From an uncultured virus (IMG/VR IMGVR_UViG_3300030107_004098) (lineage: Duplodnaviria > Heunggongvirae > Uroviricota > Caudoviricetes), in the IMG/VR virus record IMGVR_UViG_3300030107_004098: a stretch of 64,000 bases of DNA. One strand, written 5' to 3'. Of the stretch, positions 37,935-48,403 are shown one piece after another. Numbering within the stretch: the first letter of the stretch is position 1; each line of letters opens with the position of its first letter. A program made the translations under genes and the position numbers. Under the pieces are notes generated by a model. It searched no databases. It was not told where the DNA came from and saw only the letters and a list, made by a program, of their open reading frames with translations.

Positions 37935-38092
37935 ATTGGCAAAATATTATTAAAGCAATTAAATGCCCCGAATGTAAACAAGGGGAACTTAAGATGACTT
38001 TTTATAAAAAAGGTAGAAGTGGATATACTCGACAAAAGAATAGAACGGTCATGGAATGTAACAAATGTGGACATAAGGAAGTGTTTGAATGA
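37931..38092 (+). CDS. tagged zinc-ribbon protein (53 aa)
   Basis: Read manually: MNWQNIIKAIKCPECK...MECNKCGHKEVFE. Confidence 0.7.
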   Translation: MNWQNIIKAIKCPECKQGELKMTFYKKGRSGYTRQKNRTVMECNKCGHKEVFE

Positions 38093-38343
38093 CTTGGGAA
38101 AATTATCTTAAATCAATTGATGCAAAAGAAATCAATGATTGGTCCGAGGCACTAAAGGCTTTTATCAAACAAGGTCGAGAACTAGGTATTCCATTAGATG
38201 TAATGTCTGAATTAGAAAACGCAAACAAAGCGGCAGGAACAACAACAACAAACGTTGGTGGTTTTACTCCATCTGTTCATAATATTCTCTATGGGTCTTG
38301 CCCGAAATGTAAAAATAATAAAACAAAATGTGGGTGTGAATAA
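38089..38343 (+). CDS. tagged hypothetical protein
   Basis: MTWENYLK; C-terminal Cys cluster. Confidence 0.7.
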   Translation: MTWENYLKSIDAKEINDWSEALKAFIKQGRELGIPLDVMSELENANKAAGTTTTNVGGFTPSVHNILYGSCPKCKNNKTKCGCE

Positions 38344-39791
38344 TGGTAGATTTTAAAAATGTTAAAAATGTTAGCACTGAATTACAAGATATTATTAAAG
38401 ATGCAAAAAGACGAATCGAAGACGCTATTAAAAAGAATGTAACTGTTACCGGAATTAAAGGTAGTGCTACAAAACCAAAATCTATTTTAGGAACTGTGAA
38501 AAATCACGGTATTCGTCATTCACGACTAGGTATTAGAAGTTTTGATGGAATGGGTGAGGCATATAGCCTCTTAGACATATTATCTAAAAAAGATAAAATA
38601 TTAAATCAGGACCTTGCATTACTTACTAATGCTTTAGCAATTCTAAAAGCGGTCGATGCTAGCACAGAAACAGTAGGAGAAAAAGCGATTAACCCACGGT
38701 ATATTAAATTTACAGTAGTTACAAAATTTACACTAGATAAAAAATCAAAACCTTATCCTAATAAACCTAAAATATTAGAAAGAGACGAAGTTTATGGACA
38801 TTTTCTTACACCTACAGTTTTAAAATTTATAGAAGCAAAGAAAAAATGGCATAAAGATAACGGTAAACCATATACAGGAGCATCTTATGATTTAACCCCA
38901 GCCCAAGTTAAAGGTTGGGCAGGAACAGCAGAATCAAGACCACGACCACCTTTGTATAAAGCATTGGAGATATTTATTCAAGAGTTACAAAATATTATTC
39001 ATGAATTAGAAGACGAACCAATAGGTGTACCTGTAGAACATATACCCGTTTTGTTAATTAATAGAGCCGTTAATTTAAAACAATTAGGTAAGGTTGAATC
39101 ACTAAAAGAAGGTTTTACAGAAATTTTATCAGATGATGCTATTTATCCAAGAATTGCCGTACGTAGAGATGGTAAAAAAGTTCGTGGTTCAAATAAACCT
39201 GTTTGGGAAAGCGACTCAAGACCTAGTTTTAGTAGTAAAGTAGAACAGTATGTATTCTCAATTAAGGGTGATGCAGATAGAGCAGCAATAGACGCAGCAG
39301 TTCCGGGTTGGGGTAAAGAAGGTGGTGATTTAGCAATTACTCAATATTATGACCGATTTAAAATACAACTAACTAGTATTGCTAGAACGAAAAGATTAGC
39401 AAGAGAATGCTTTGGTGGCGCACAAATTGCTACACAAATTAATGTTCAGGGAAGAACTCCGGGTGTTATGCTTAAGAGTGACGAACCTATGGATTATAAA
39501 AAACCATTTAAAGCGGGTATTATCAGAACAGGTAAAGGAAAACAAAAAACATTAATGATTTCTCAAGCATTTCAATATCTAAACAATAAACCAACAACTG
39601 CTAATGACTTAATGGCTATAATGTCGTCAGGTGTAATAAAAACCACAACTGGTAATCCTAAGAAAAATCCTTTCAGTAGTATTAATCAATTATCTCAACA
39701 TTTACGAATGTATGGGTTTACTGCACATGGTTCGGGTAAAAGTGGTCAAGGTGGAACACCAGTTAAACTATGGGGTCCGAGGAAGGAATAA
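38343..39791 (+). CDS. hypothetical basic protein with C-terminal wHTH-like domain
   Basis: 482 aa ORF; MLKS junction then KPTTANDL..NQLSQHLR. Confidence 0.7.
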   Translation: MVDFKNVKNVSTELQDIIKDAKRRIEDAIKKNVTVTGIKGSATKPKSILGTVKNHGIRHSRLGIRSFDGMGEAYSLLDILSKKDKILNQDLALLTNALAILKAVDASTETVGEKAINPRYIKFTVVTKFTLDKKSKPYPNKPKILERDEVYGHFLTPTVLKFIEAKKKWHKDNGKPYTGASYDLTPAQVKGWAGTAESRPRPPLYKALEIFIQELQNIIHELEDEPIGVPVEHIPVLLINRAVNLKQLGKVESLKEGFTEILSDDAIYPRIAVRRDGKKVRGSNKPVWESDSRPSFSSKVEQYVFSIKGDADRAAIDAAVPGWGKEGGDLAITQYYDRFKIQLTSIARTKRLARECFGGAQIATQINVQGRTPGVMLKSDEPMDYKKPFKAGIIRTGKGKQKTLMISQAFQYLNNKPTTANDLMAIMSSGVIKTTTGNPKKNPFSSINQLSQHLRMYGFTAHGSGKSGQGGTPVKLWGPRKE

Positions 39792-39793
39792 TT

Positions 39794-40063
39794 ATGTCTT
39801 GGGAAGATATTGTTAAAAGAAAAAAGATGCAACCTTTGTACAAAAAATTAATTGATGATGTAGTACAAGGGTTAGATAGTCCTGCGTCTGCACAAGAAAT
39901 ATATTCAATAATACGTGATAGATTTGAAGAGATGCGCTACTCTGGCCCTAGAGTTTTATCTGGAAGGTTTTTTCCAGAAATAGGTGCTGTTAGACAATAT
40001 CTTAAAGTTAATTACAAACCTACAGGTAGCGCAAAAAATGTACATTTATATGGTGGTAAATAA
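39794..40063 (+). CDS. tagged winged-HTH-like protein
   Basis: MSWEDIVK; SAQEIY..FFPEIGAVRQYLK. Confidence 0.65.
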   Translation: MSWEDIVKRKKMQPLYKKLIDDVVQGLDSPASAQEIYSIIRDRFEEMRYSGPRVLSGRFFPEIGAVRQYLKVNYKPTGSAKNVHLYGGK

Positions 40064-40725
40064 TGACTAGAGTAACCCGTAAAACTTGCCCAGTTTGTAA
40101 TCACGAAGAACGCGATATTATAGAACAAGGAGTTCTTGACGGAAGTATTGACCCCTCTATGTTAGACAAAGATAATGGTTGGTGGAACGGAACTACCCGT
40201 AAACACATGCAAAACCATACAGACAATTATGTTTCACATTCAAACGACAATTGTGAGTTATGCACACATCAGTCAAGGGCTGATATAGAGGCAGGGCTTT
40301 CAGATGGTCGCACTAAAGTTAGCGAAATAGCAGAACAATTGGATATGTCCGAAGATAAAGTTCAGTTACATTTGCGTAAGCATTTAAAACCTATGATACA
40401 AAAAAGCGCAGCACTAGAATTAGCAAGAATTGATTTTAACGAAATGGATGTTTTATCTAATAATATTGCTATACTACAAGACAAAGTAAATGATTTAGGT
40501 AACAACGATGATTTGGATTTTAGACAAATTGATTCACTTACTCGATTAGCAAAAGAAATCAGGGAATCCCTTAAATATATGTTAGAGTTTAAAGGACAAT
40601 TAGTACACAAGAGAGAAGAAACTATTGTGGTCCAACAAGTAGAGGTTATTCAAAGAGTATTAATTGAAAAATACCCCGAAGTATGGACAGATATACGAGA
40701 TGCAGTTGCGGAGAAGATACAATGA
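40063..40725 (+). CDS. putative terminase small subunit / DNA-binding protein
   Basis: Two CxxCxH-HTH-H repeats and a C-terminal coiled coil; upstream of TerL block. Confidence 0.5.
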   Translation: MTRVTRKTCPVCNHEERDIIEQGVLDGSIDPSMLDKDNGWWNGTTRKHMQNHTDNYVSHSNDNCELCTHQSRADIEAGLSDGRTKVSEIAEQLDMSEDKVQLHLRKHLKPMIQKSAALELARIDFNEMDVLSNNIAILQDKVNDLGNNDDLDFRQIDSLTRLAKEIRESLKYMLEFKGQLVHKREETIVVQQVEVIQRVLIEKYPEVWTDIRDAVAEKIQ

Positions 40726-40907
40726 GTTGGGAAGTAATTATTAAAGCAAGAGAAGAATGTGAAATATGCAAAAGCGAAGGACCCTTTACTAAGGAAAAAG
40801 TTAATGGGAAACTGATTAGACAATGTTCTCTATGCAGTCATACTAAAGACATCACAGATGAAGCCTTTAATTATTATTTGAATAATTATGGAATGGAGCG
40901 ATACTAA
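40722..40907 (+). CDS. tagged zinc-finger protein
   Basis: MSWEVIIK; CEIC...CSLC. Confidence 0.65.
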   Translation: MSWEVIIKAREECEICKSEGPFTKEKVNGKLIRQCSLCSHTKDITDEAFNYYLNNYGMERY

Positions 40908-41482
40908 TGAGTTGGACAAATATATTAAAAGAAGAAAGAGATTTTACAAAACTACCTGAAGGCTTGAGAGTATCTGAATACTCTTTAACACCAGAAAAAC
41001 TTGCAGATTCAAGAACTGATTATGATGATTATGAAATATTCGATAATGTGGCGTTTAAGAGAGAATTAGGTGATATTGTATCTGCTTTAGCAAGGCTCAA
41101 TATTGATGTTTCTTTTGCGGCTTTAGAAGATTTAAGATACCATAACAGCGATGGTCTTTACAATTGGGACGAAAAAAGTGGATTAGCAGTTAAACTTAAA
41201 ACGAGGGAGATTACAAGGACTCTATATTTTGTTATTGAAACAGAAGGGGCTTGGACAGAAGACGGAAGAGAACCTGAAGTATATGTTCCTAGAGTTTTAG
41301 AAGATGAAGACACTTTTATTGCTGTTGTTTTACAATCTTTAAATATTGGTGAAGGCCCTGTTAAAGACCCCGCAAGTTCTATTACTAGAGAACGACAGGC
41401 TGCTTATTCTGAATGGTGGCGTAGCCTTCCGCGAGAAGAACGGGGAGACCCAGATTCAAGATTTCCCCCTCCTAAATTTTAA
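40907..41482 (+). CDS. tagged hypothetical protein
   Basis: MSWTNILK. Confidence 0.7.
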   Translation: MSWTNILKEERDFTKLPEGLRVSEYSLTPEKLADSRTDYDDYEIFDNVAFKRELGDIVSALARLNIDVSFAALEDLRYHNSDGLYNWDEKSGLAVKLKTREITRTLYFVIETEGAWTEDGREPEVYVPRVLEDEDTFIAVVLQSLNIGEGPVKDPASSITRERQAAYSEWWRSLPREERGDPDSRFPPPKF

Positions 41483-41493
41483 AGGTGTTTACA

Positions 41494-41832
41494 ATGATTT
41501 GGCAAAACACAATAAATAAATCTAAAAATTTAGATAGTTGGTTTATAGAAACTGAAAATTGGGCATATAATGTTGATTATTCAAAATACGAAAAAGGCAT
41601 AGTGGAAATCGTTAGTAAAATTCGCAAACTATTACTCAAAGCAAAAAAGTTTCCTAATCTTAGACAAGAAATTAAATATCTAATAGTTGATATAGCCTCT
41701 AAAAGAAAATTAAAAGATTTAAAAGAGATGAATTATGAACCAGCAGGACAAGAAGTTTTTTCCGCTACAATGATACCAACATGGTCCGTAAATCAGTATG
41801 ATAGAAATTGGAGAAAGAATCTAAAAAGATAG
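41494..41832 (+). CDS. tagged hypothetical protein
   Basis: MIWQNTINK. Confidence 0.6.
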   Translation: MIWQNTINKSKNLDSWFIETENWAYNVDYSKYEKGIVEIVSKIRKLLLKAKKFPNLRQEIKYLIVDIASKRKLKDLKEMNYEPAGQEVFSATMIPTWSVNQYDRNWRKNLKR

Positions 41833-41846
41833 TAGGAGAGATTACA

Positions 41847-42395
41847 ATGAGTTGGGAAGATATATTAAAAGATGAACCAGAGCCTGAACGAGAAAAGTTT
41901 AAACCCATCAAATTTCGCTTCGGTCCAAGTATTGATAAGTTAAAAAGATATGCTAAAACTATTTATTATTGGCGTGAATGGGTTCAGGATAAAAAAGGTA
42001 GGGGTGTAAGAAAAAATAATATAGTCAGAGAACATCTTTTAACTGAACCACTGGCTAAAAAAGCATTAGAGGTATTAGATAGAGTAACTTTTACACACGA
42101 CCAAAAATATAAGGAAGGTAATGTTGAAGAAAGGTTCGGGGAATACATTATTACCGCACGATGGTCTAGTTATCCAGCGCCACATCCCGTGTATGGTAAA
42201 GTGGATTATGGAAATTTGAAACAAGGTTCATGTTTTTATTTGGGATTAACCGTTATTAGAACTTTTCCGGGCCGCGAACCCCACGCCGTACGTTTAGAGA
42301 TGGAAATGCCTCGCGCTAAGGAATTAGATGAATTTTCTGATGAAGAAATTGATTCATATTCATGGATGGTTGACTGGAGGGAAGGTTCAAAATGA
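41847..42395 (+). CDS. tagged hypothetical protein
   Basis: MSWEDILK after AGGAG. Confidence 0.7.
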   Translation: MSWEDILKDEPEPEREKFKPIKFRFGPSIDKLKRYAKTIYYWREWVQDKKGRGVRKNNIVREHLLTEPLAKKALEVLDRVTFTHDQKYKEGNVEERFGEYIITARWSSYPAPHPVYGKVDYGNLKQGSCFYLGLTVIRTFPGREPHAVRLEMEMPRAKELDEFSDEEIDSYSWMVDWREGSK

Positions 42396-42577
42396 GTTGG
42401 ACAAATATTATTAAAAACCGTGTATCTTATTCCGGCACTTGTCCAAAGTGTAAACAATTTGTAGCAACAGGTAAACCGTGTCCTCGTAAATTACCTACCG
42501 ATAAAGAAACATCTCCCGGTGTGGTATTAGAAGGATGCCCAATGAAAATTAATGAACCAGATATGTATTTGGAGTAA
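42392..42577 (+). CDS. tagged Cys-rich small protein
   Basis: MSWTNIIK; CPKC..C..C. Confidence 0.7.
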   Translation: MSWTNIIKNRVSYSGTCPKCKQFVATGKPCPRKLPTDKETSPGVVLEGCPMKINEPDMYLE

Positions 42578-42583
42578 TTAAAA

Positions 42584-42952
42584 ATGAGTTGGGAAAATAT
42601 TCTAAAGATTAATAGACCTACTATTAAAAATCATTGTGAACTTATTGCTGCTAGAGATTTATCAAGTGTAGTAGAAGAAACATTAGAAATGATAGAAATT
42701 TATCAACCTGAAACAGTAGCAGATTTTAGGAGTGTGTTAATAGATTTTTCGGAGTTACTTTCTGGTTCTAGTAATAACCGCCTTGATGCAGCACCCTTTG
42801 GTGAAAGGAATATAAGTGAAGCGTTTCAGTTTATACGTTCTATACTAGAAGATTTAAATGAAATGGGTACTACCAGCCCTCCCTTTATTACTGAAATGTT
42901 AAATAAAGTATTACGTATAGAGAACGAGTATGAGGCGTGTAAAAGAACATAA
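42584..42952 (+). CDS. tagged hypothetical protein
   Basis: MSWENILK. Confidence 0.7.
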   Translation: MSWENILKINRPTIKNHCELIAARDLSSVVEETLEMIEIYQPETVADFRSVLIDFSELLSGSSNNRLDAAPFGERNISEAFQFIRSILEDLNEMGTTSPPFITEMLNKVLRIENEYEACKRT

Positions 42953-42984
42953 CCTTTATATCTAACATTAGTTAAGGAGATAGT

Positions 42985-43338
42985 ATGTCTAAGCATCCAA
43001 AGGATAAGAGTTTTAACGATAAACTAATGTTACTAATGGGAGTACCAATTGTACTAACATGGTTAGGTCTTGCAGCATATGTTATTTACATGGCTACCGC
43101 AGACCCTGATGTTGTTCTACAAAACTTAGATGGGTTCACTGCCGTATTAGGTTTAATCGGTGGTCCGGCTTTACTTATTATTACTAAGATGTTAGACCTT
43201 TGGAGCAACGAGCAATCTAATGAGATTAATGAAATCCCATCAGAACTCGCTCATCGTCGTGAATTACAAACTGCTGATAAGCAACACAATATTGCTATGG
43301 ACGCTTACTTAACAAAGGAAGGTAAGAAAGATGAGTAA
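42985..43338 (+). CDS. two-TM membrane protein (holin-like topology)
   Basis: Two hydrophobic helices, charged C-terminus, own TTTATA box. Confidence 0.6.
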   Translation: MSKHPKDKSFNDKLMLLMGVPIVLTWLGLAAYVIYMATADPDVVLQNLDGFTAVLGLIGGPALLIITKMLDLWSNEQSNEINEIPSELAHRRELQTADKQHNIAMDAYLTKEGKKDE

Positions 43339-43810
43339 TTGGTTTGGTGTTGTTAAATTAAATCCTACTGATAGACGTAGACGAATGTATGCTGATTTAG
43401 AAGTTGAATTAGAAGACAAGGTAATTAATGCTATTGATAAACTAATGAATGAACGTGAGTTCGATAGTGTAGCAGAAATAGGTTCGGAACCTATGCCTTT
43501 ACCGGGAATTAATTTATTAGTGGATGCAGAAGATGAAGATTATCTTCAATTATACGTGAGTGACTACGGTGAAGGTAACGAGGCTGTTCCTATTGGGACT
43601 GTTGATTGGGAAGAACGTAAAATAGAATTACAGGAAGATTTACTAAACAAAGTAAGTGTTAGAACACTACGTCAAATAGTTCCAACAGAAAAACAACGCA
43701 TGGCTAGAGACATGAAACGATTCCAAACCTCTCCCCGATATAAGAAAGATGATGTTGATAGACAAATATCTTGGGAACGTTATTTGGATAGAAAAAGAAA
43801 GGAAGAATAA
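43331..43810 (+). CDS. tagged hypothetical protein
   Basis: MSNWFGVVK. Confidence 0.65.
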   Translation: MSNWFGVVKLNPTDRRRRMYADLEVELEDKVINAIDKLMNEREFDSVAEIGSEPMPLPGINLLVDAEDEDYLQLYVSDYGEGNEAVPIGTVDWEERKIELQEDLLNKVSVRTLRQIVPTEKQRMARDMKRFQTSPRYKKDDVDRQISWERYLDRKRKEE

Positions 43811-43812
43811 AT

Positions 43813-44016
43813 ATGAAAACAGAAAAAGAAGTTACAGACAAAGTTGAGAAGGCCGAAGATATGGTCGAAGAAGTTTTAGAAGAATTAGAAGATTTAGGTT
43901 TAGTTGATGAGGCTACAGCAAATAAAATTCTAGCGAAGGTCGCACAATATAAGCGGTATATTCTTCTAGCCGTACCTGTTGCTATTGCTCTTGTAGCCGC
44001 TATTAGCGCGCTATAA
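43813..44016 (+). CDS. small C-terminally anchored membrane protein
   Basis: Acidic N-terminus, hydrophobic tail. Confidence 0.65.
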   Translation: MKTEKEVTDKVEKAEDMVEEVLEELEDLGLVDEATANKILAKVAQYKRYILLAVPVAIALVAAISAL

Positions 44017-44026
44017 GGGTGATACA

Positions 44027-45955
44027 ATGGATTGGTGGGAAGAGTTATTAATTCGGGAAAATAGTACACCCGGAGCGATAGCAAGAGCCAAACCAAAACC
44101 TAACGAGGAACCGGGCCGAAAAATGTTCGATAATCAATTGATTAGCCTAGCAGAAGTACTTTCTAATACAGAAAAAGAAATTCAAGAAGATAGAAGAATC
44201 AGTAATACTAACATCAGACAAAAAATAGAATCCGGACAATTAGATAAAGAAAATATTCCTAGAATCGCTCAAGCCCTAAAAGATAAATTACAAAACTTAT
44301 CTAAAGTTATTATGATAAATGAGTTAAGAGAAGGTATTGAAAAATTAGCGAAGGACCCTAGAACTATAAGTGAACTAGCACCTATTCTTGACGAAGGGTA
44401 TAGAACATTAAAAACTGGTAATGAACGAAGAGAATTTATAGATATGATTCAACCTTACTTAACTCTAGGTGTGGATAGAGAAGAATTAATGGATTCTATA
44501 TTCGCGCTAATGAAAAAAGGTGGGATGGATTATTCTACTTATATAAATGATATAATAACAATTGCACCGAAAATTAACCGCAAGGATATTATGGAACACG
44601 GAAAATCTAAACAAGAAGAAGAATTACCTCCTACAAAATTACAAAGAGAATACGAAACAGTCCCATATAATAATTTTGTGGAAGTTATTAAAAGTAACCA
44701 CACAGATTTAGAAAAATTTAAAAAGTTAGTGCAAAACGTATACACTGCTTGGGGTTTAAGAGATACTCCATTTAAATTTTATATCGAAGAAAGAGTAAGT
44801 GGTGGTGAATACGGTACGCCTAACGTAGATAGACCAATACCGGAAGAAACAACAGTCGCTTCTCCATTGTATATATTATATAAAATTATAAAACATATGC
44901 CCACAAGTAATATTTTTTCCACATCTAATTATGGCGCTTTGTTAGGAAGAAGAGAACACGTTACTAAAAAACGAGTAAACATGATGGGATTCTTTGCTCA
45001 AGACCGTGTAAAAAGAAAAGGTGGAGATATTCAAGAAACTATAGAAAATGTTAAGTTACCAAGAACCGCATCCGGTAGTTTAAGAAATGAATTTGATAAA
45101 TGGATGGCTAAAGATACTAAATTTAGTAGTGGTGACTACGCAAAAGAAAGTACAGCCGGTGACTTAGGACTTATGATAAAAGAGTTATTTCCTGCTTCTA
45201 TTGATTTACGGGCCATATATGTTATGGCCTTTCCTAAACAAGCAGGGGTAAACCTAGCAGATACTGTAAAGCAAAATATTGAAGAATTTCCTACAATTAC
45301 AGAAACTTCTACACCTATAGATTTATTCTCGGCTTATGTTCATGTTATAGATAGTTTTAATGAGAGTGCAGTAGGCCCTTTATTAGAAAAATTAAATGAA
45401 ATAACTAGAGAGTTAATACTACTAAGATATTATGATGAAATAGAAGAAGAAGAAGAAGAAGTTCTAATAGAACAAGACGATGGTTCATACGAAATTGACT
45501 CATTTGCTTTAGAGCAAGTTGACCAATCAAAGGTTATTTCTGCCGTCGACGACTTTAATAAGGAGTTAAGGAAAGCAATATTACAAACAGGTGAAACCAT
45601 AACACGGACTCTTTATGATATGATTAAAGATAATCTCAATAGGCCCGGAATAGGAAAATATAGTTTAACTCGTTCTGCAAAAACTACAGAAAGAAAGCCA
45701 CATGAAAAACAAACAGAAGAAGATATTGCTAGAATAAAAGAACGAGAATCTAAAAGAACTGTTATCGGCTATGGGGAAGGTGGTGAATTAACAACAGAAA
45801 TTGGGAGAGCGCCACGCGAAAGAATCCGAGACATAAAAGGACATAAAGAAAAAGATAAAGGAACTATTCAAGAATATCTACAACGTTACGCATATGCAGG
45901 AAAAGATTTTGACGAAACCCAAAAACTTATTGATTACAAATTTGGAAGTGACTAA
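44027..45955 (+). CDS. large helical hypothetical protein
   Basis: 642 aa ORF; GGTGA RBS; weak tag MDWWEELLIR. Confidence 0.75.
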   Translation: MDWWEELLIRENSTPGAIARAKPKPNEEPGRKMFDNQLISLAEVLSNTEKEIQEDRRISNTNIRQKIESGQLDKENIPRIAQALKDKLQNLSKVIMINELREGIEKLAKDPRTISELAPILDEGYRTLKTGNERREFIDMIQPYLTLGVDREELMDSIFALMKKGGMDYSTYINDIITIAPKINRKDIMEHGKSKQEEELPPTKLQREYETVPYNNFVEVIKSNHTDLEKFKKLVQNVYTAWGLRDTPFKFYIEERVSGGEYGTPNVDRPIPEETTVASPLYILYKIIKHMPTSNIFSTSNYGALLGRREHVTKKRVNMMGFFAQDRVKRKGGDIQETIENVKLPRTASGSLRNEFDKWMAKDTKFSSGDYAKESTAGDLGLMIKELFPASIDLRAIYVMAFPKQAGVNLADTVKQNIEEFPTITETSTPIDLFSAYVHVIDSFNESAVGPLLEKLNEITRELILLRYYDEIEEEEEEVLIEQDDGSYEIDSFALEQVDQSKVISAVDDFNKELRKAILQTGETITRTLYDMIKDNLNRPGIGKYSLTRSAKTTERKPHEKQTEEDIARIKERESKRTVIGYGEGGELTTEIGRAPRERIRDIKGHKEKDKGTIQEYLQRYAYAGKDFDETQKLIDYKFGSD

Positions 45956-48403
45956 ATGAGCGAAGAAATAATAAAACTAGTAGATAACGCTTTTAGGAGA
46001 TTAGGAGTAAATAGAGGAATGGCCGGTTCAGCAAACAAATTAGTAGAACTAATAGGAGGCGAAGTTACTCCTGAAGAAATAACCAAAGCAGTATCGGAAA
46101 TAAGGGACCAAAGATTACATGTTTTTAATACTTTTATACAATATGTAAATTACGGGACTGAAGAATTAGAATATAAACAAGTCGTAAACTATAACGTATT
46201 ACATGATATATTAAGACAAAAGCATAGTGACTTAGATAATTATATATTGGGTAACCCATATAAAAGAGCAACAGTTAAAAAATTAATTGTTGATTTAGAC
46301 AAAGAAAACTATTCTCCAAAAATACCTATTCCATTTTTTACACCCAAAGAGCGTCAGTTATTTATTACTGTTATTGACGGTGTTACTAGAGACAGAAGAA
46401 CATCTACAAAAATAGATTTAACTAAATTTGCTTCTAAACTTACTACAACTAGAGCAACTGACCTTAGAACTCGTAACAACACATATAAATATTGGAACCA
46501 AGTAAAGGGTGAATTTAAAACTATGATTGATGCGATAAATGCTTCAGGTACTATACCTCTTAGTAACGGTAAAACCATTAAAGAAATTCCTAGTTATATT
46601 ATTACTATGGGACCGCTAATCATTAAAAAAATAATTAATCCTAACCACCCAATTTTATTAGATGTTTTACGACATAAATATATTAGCGATGAATTAAACG
46701 ATATAATAGAAAGCGAATATGTAGCAATAGGACAATTTGATGACGAGGGTGGACAAACAGGGTATGGTGCGGAAATAAGTCAACGAGATACGACTTTAAC
46801 AGATACATCACCATTACAACAATTAAGAGATAATATTATTTCTATGTCTGATGTTTGGTTATCCGAAGAAGAAAATATTTCTTTAGACCCATTATTAACA
46901 ATTATTTTACAGGACGAAGAATTTCCGACAGTAATGAATGCAGAACAAATAGAAACAAATGTAGAAAAAGTTATTGCTCAACTACAATCAGGTATTGATG
47001 CAGAAGATTTAGAATTCCTTGCACAGTCATTTAATAAATACAAAAAAATAATTAGTGATAATCTTAATAGATACCAACCTATTAGTCGTAAAACATACAG
47101 TTTTGCTATCATGGATGGTCCAGAAATATCGCAGAAAGTATTAACCGAAGCACTAGAAGATACACCAGCAGTTAAACCTACTTATGAGTATCTTGTAGCG
47201 GAATACACTGGGGATAAATATACAATAACAACAAAAATCGCTAAAAATTATTCTAAAATGATTAATGAAATAAATAAATCAACTAATGAAGTAATCAGAT
47301 TCTTTACTGACCATTACGATGTCGAAAAATACATTACTGAAGATAGTAAAACTGTTTATTCTGTACCTCAACAACAAAAACATGCTAAAGCAAAAAGAGT
47401 TACAGGTTTAGGTACTCCCAGTATTCCTATACGTAGAATACCCGAAGGGCAGATTGGAAAAAATACTGCGGGATTAACGGATGCATTAACAAGATATTAT
47501 TTTACTGCTCTTACTGAACAAAATATTAACTTGGACGACTTACCTAATTTTACAAAAACAAAACAGTATAATGCATTAAAGCGACTATTAGCCAACGACC
47601 CCGTTACTTTAGTCACTAAAGAAATAGCAAGTGGTAGAAGTCGCCCGAAGTTTAGTATGGCGCAATTTCAGGATATGAATAAATTTTTGAAAATAATAAA
47701 ACAGGGATATATACAAAGATATGACGCAAATAATTCGGTCTACGCGGATAAATTTATTTCAGGCATAATTAATTTAATACGACCTATAGGTATACAAAGG
47801 TTTAGACCTATAGAAAGAAATTTATCAATTTTATTAGGAGCAATATTACACCAATCTTGGGAAAAATCTGTCGCTGCTAAGGACGACCCTGAATCACCGA
47901 AATTTAGAGGGAAAACATTAGAATATTGGAATAACACATATCACTCAGCAGAAGAGGATAAAAAAGATTTATACCTATCTTTTGCTAATTTACATAGATT
48001 ATTTAATGAACCAATTATGGTAGAATACTTACAATCTGAAGGTGCTGTAACTGGTCAAACTCAAGAAAATTCAGCCTATTACATTGTATATGGACAAAAT
48101 GGAATAGTGGATAATCTGACTAAAGTTTCAGAAAACTTACCAAAACTTGCCTCGGCTGTATTGTATTCTTACGATTTAATTAGAAAACACAATAACCTAC
48201 CAATTTATAGTGGGTATTTAGATGTAAACTCTCCTGAAGATATAGAATATCTAATTGATACTATTGATAAAAAATATAGTTTGGATGTTTATGGTAAAGA
48301 CGTAGATACTATTGTTAAGTCCCATATGACCATGAAAGAGTTAGTATCTACATTGGGTATTCCTCACGAAGTAGTGTATCATATTAGGGGAATGTTTAGA
48401 TGA
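45956..48403 (+). CDS. large hypothetical protein
   Basis: 815 aa ORF. Confidence 0.75.
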   Translation: MSEEIIKLVDNAFRRLGVNRGMAGSANKLVELIGGEVTPEEITKAVSEIRDQRLHVFNTFIQYVNYGTEELEYKQVVNYNVLHDILRQKHSDLDNYILGNPYKRATVKKLIVDLDKENYSPKIPIPFFTPKERQLFITVIDGVTRDRRTSTKIDLTKFASKLTTTRATDLRTRNNTYKYWNQVKGEFKTMIDAINASGTIPLSNGKTIKEIPSYIITMGPLIIKKIINPNHPILLDVLRHKYISDELNDIIESEYVAIGQFDDEGGQTGYGAEISQRDTTLTDTSPLQQLRDNIISMSDVWLSEEENISLDPLLTIILQDEEFPTVMNAEQIETNVEKVIAQLQSGIDAEDLEFLAQSFNKYKKIISDNLNRYQPISRKTYSFAIMDGPEISQKVLTEALEDTPAVKPTYEYLVAEYTGDKYTITTKIAKNYSKMINEINKSTNEVIRFFTDHYDVEKYITEDSKTVYSVPQQQKHAKAKRVTGLGTPSIPIRRIPEGQIGKNTAGLTDALTRYYFTALTEQNINLDDLPNFTKTKQYNALKRLLANDPVTLVTKEIASGRSRPKFSMAQFQDMNKFLKIIKQGYIQRYDANNSVYADKFISGIINLIRPIGIQRFRPIERNLSILLGAILHQSWEKSVAAKDDPESPKFRGKTLEYWNNTYHSAEEDKKDLYLSFANLHRLFNEPIMVEYLQSEGAVTGQTQENSAYYIVYGQNGIVDNLTKVSENLPKLASAVLYSYDLIRKHNNLPIYSGYLDVNSPEDIEYLIDTIDKKYSLDVYGKDVDTIVKSHMTMKELVSTLGIPHEVVYHIRGMFR

